From positions 10,289,056 through 10,353,055 of the forward strand of contig CM119269.1 in NCBI GenBank assembly GCA_051294375.1: a stretch of 64,000 nucleotides of DNA, read 5' to 3'. This stretch comes from Paraspadella gotoi. Lineage: Eukaryota > Animalia > Chaetognatha. The notes beneath the pieces are model-generated. The model had not been told where the DNA came from. It saw only the letters and a list, made by a program, of their open reading frames with translations, and did not search any database. The translations under genes were made by a program, and so were the position numbers. Shown in pieces: positions 63,782 to 64,000 of this stretch; within the stretch, counting starts at the first letter, position 1, and each line of letters begins with the position of its first letter.

Positions 63782-64000
63782 TCCTTCTTTCCTTCTTTCC
63801 TTCTAAATTTCTCCTGAGAAGCAACATGACCTCCTTTTTTTCGCTTTCCATCCATCGACTTTTCTGCTTCCCACGTTCCCCCTCGACCTCACCTTCTACC
63901 TCACCCACTTCGACCGCAAAAATTCCATTTCCATTCCATTATATTCCGGATATGAACTAAAAAGAAAGAAAAGGAAGTAACCTACCTTCGCCCCGCCCGA

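Overview
This is AT-rich, microsatellite-dense animal (invertebrate) genomic DNA from a draft assembly, with N-gaps and error-rich gap-filled stretches. Two spliced protein-coding genes lie head-to-head. (1) On the + strand are the first seven coding exons (29146-58955, continuing past the window) of an aryl hydrocarbon receptor/spineless bHLH-PAS gene with unusual Ala-rich insertions. (2) On the - strand is an apparently complete six-coding-exon gene (20553-15071) for a ~845-aa probable type II membrane protein. It has a long 18-residue-periodic coiled-coil stalk and a compact C-terminal domain that I cannot name. The non-coding DNA holds a three-level transposon nest at 7.8-13.6 kb: a fold-back element built from TTAGGG-containing higher-order repeats, interrupted by a palindromic Chapaev-like (CACGG ends, 4-bp TSD) element with inverted transposase fragments, itself interrupted by a Penelope-like insert with a minimal hammerhead ribozyme. 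There is also a second hammerhead/Penelope relic, hAT-, Tc1/mariner- and Mutator-type MITEs with target-site duplications, and a second long-TIR CAC...GTG element. About 37.2-49.7 kb and parts of 53-57 kb look like redundant noisy long-read gap fill. Most ORFs in the supplied track are microsatellite artefacts. All identifications are by eye and from remembered family motifs; no database search was run.
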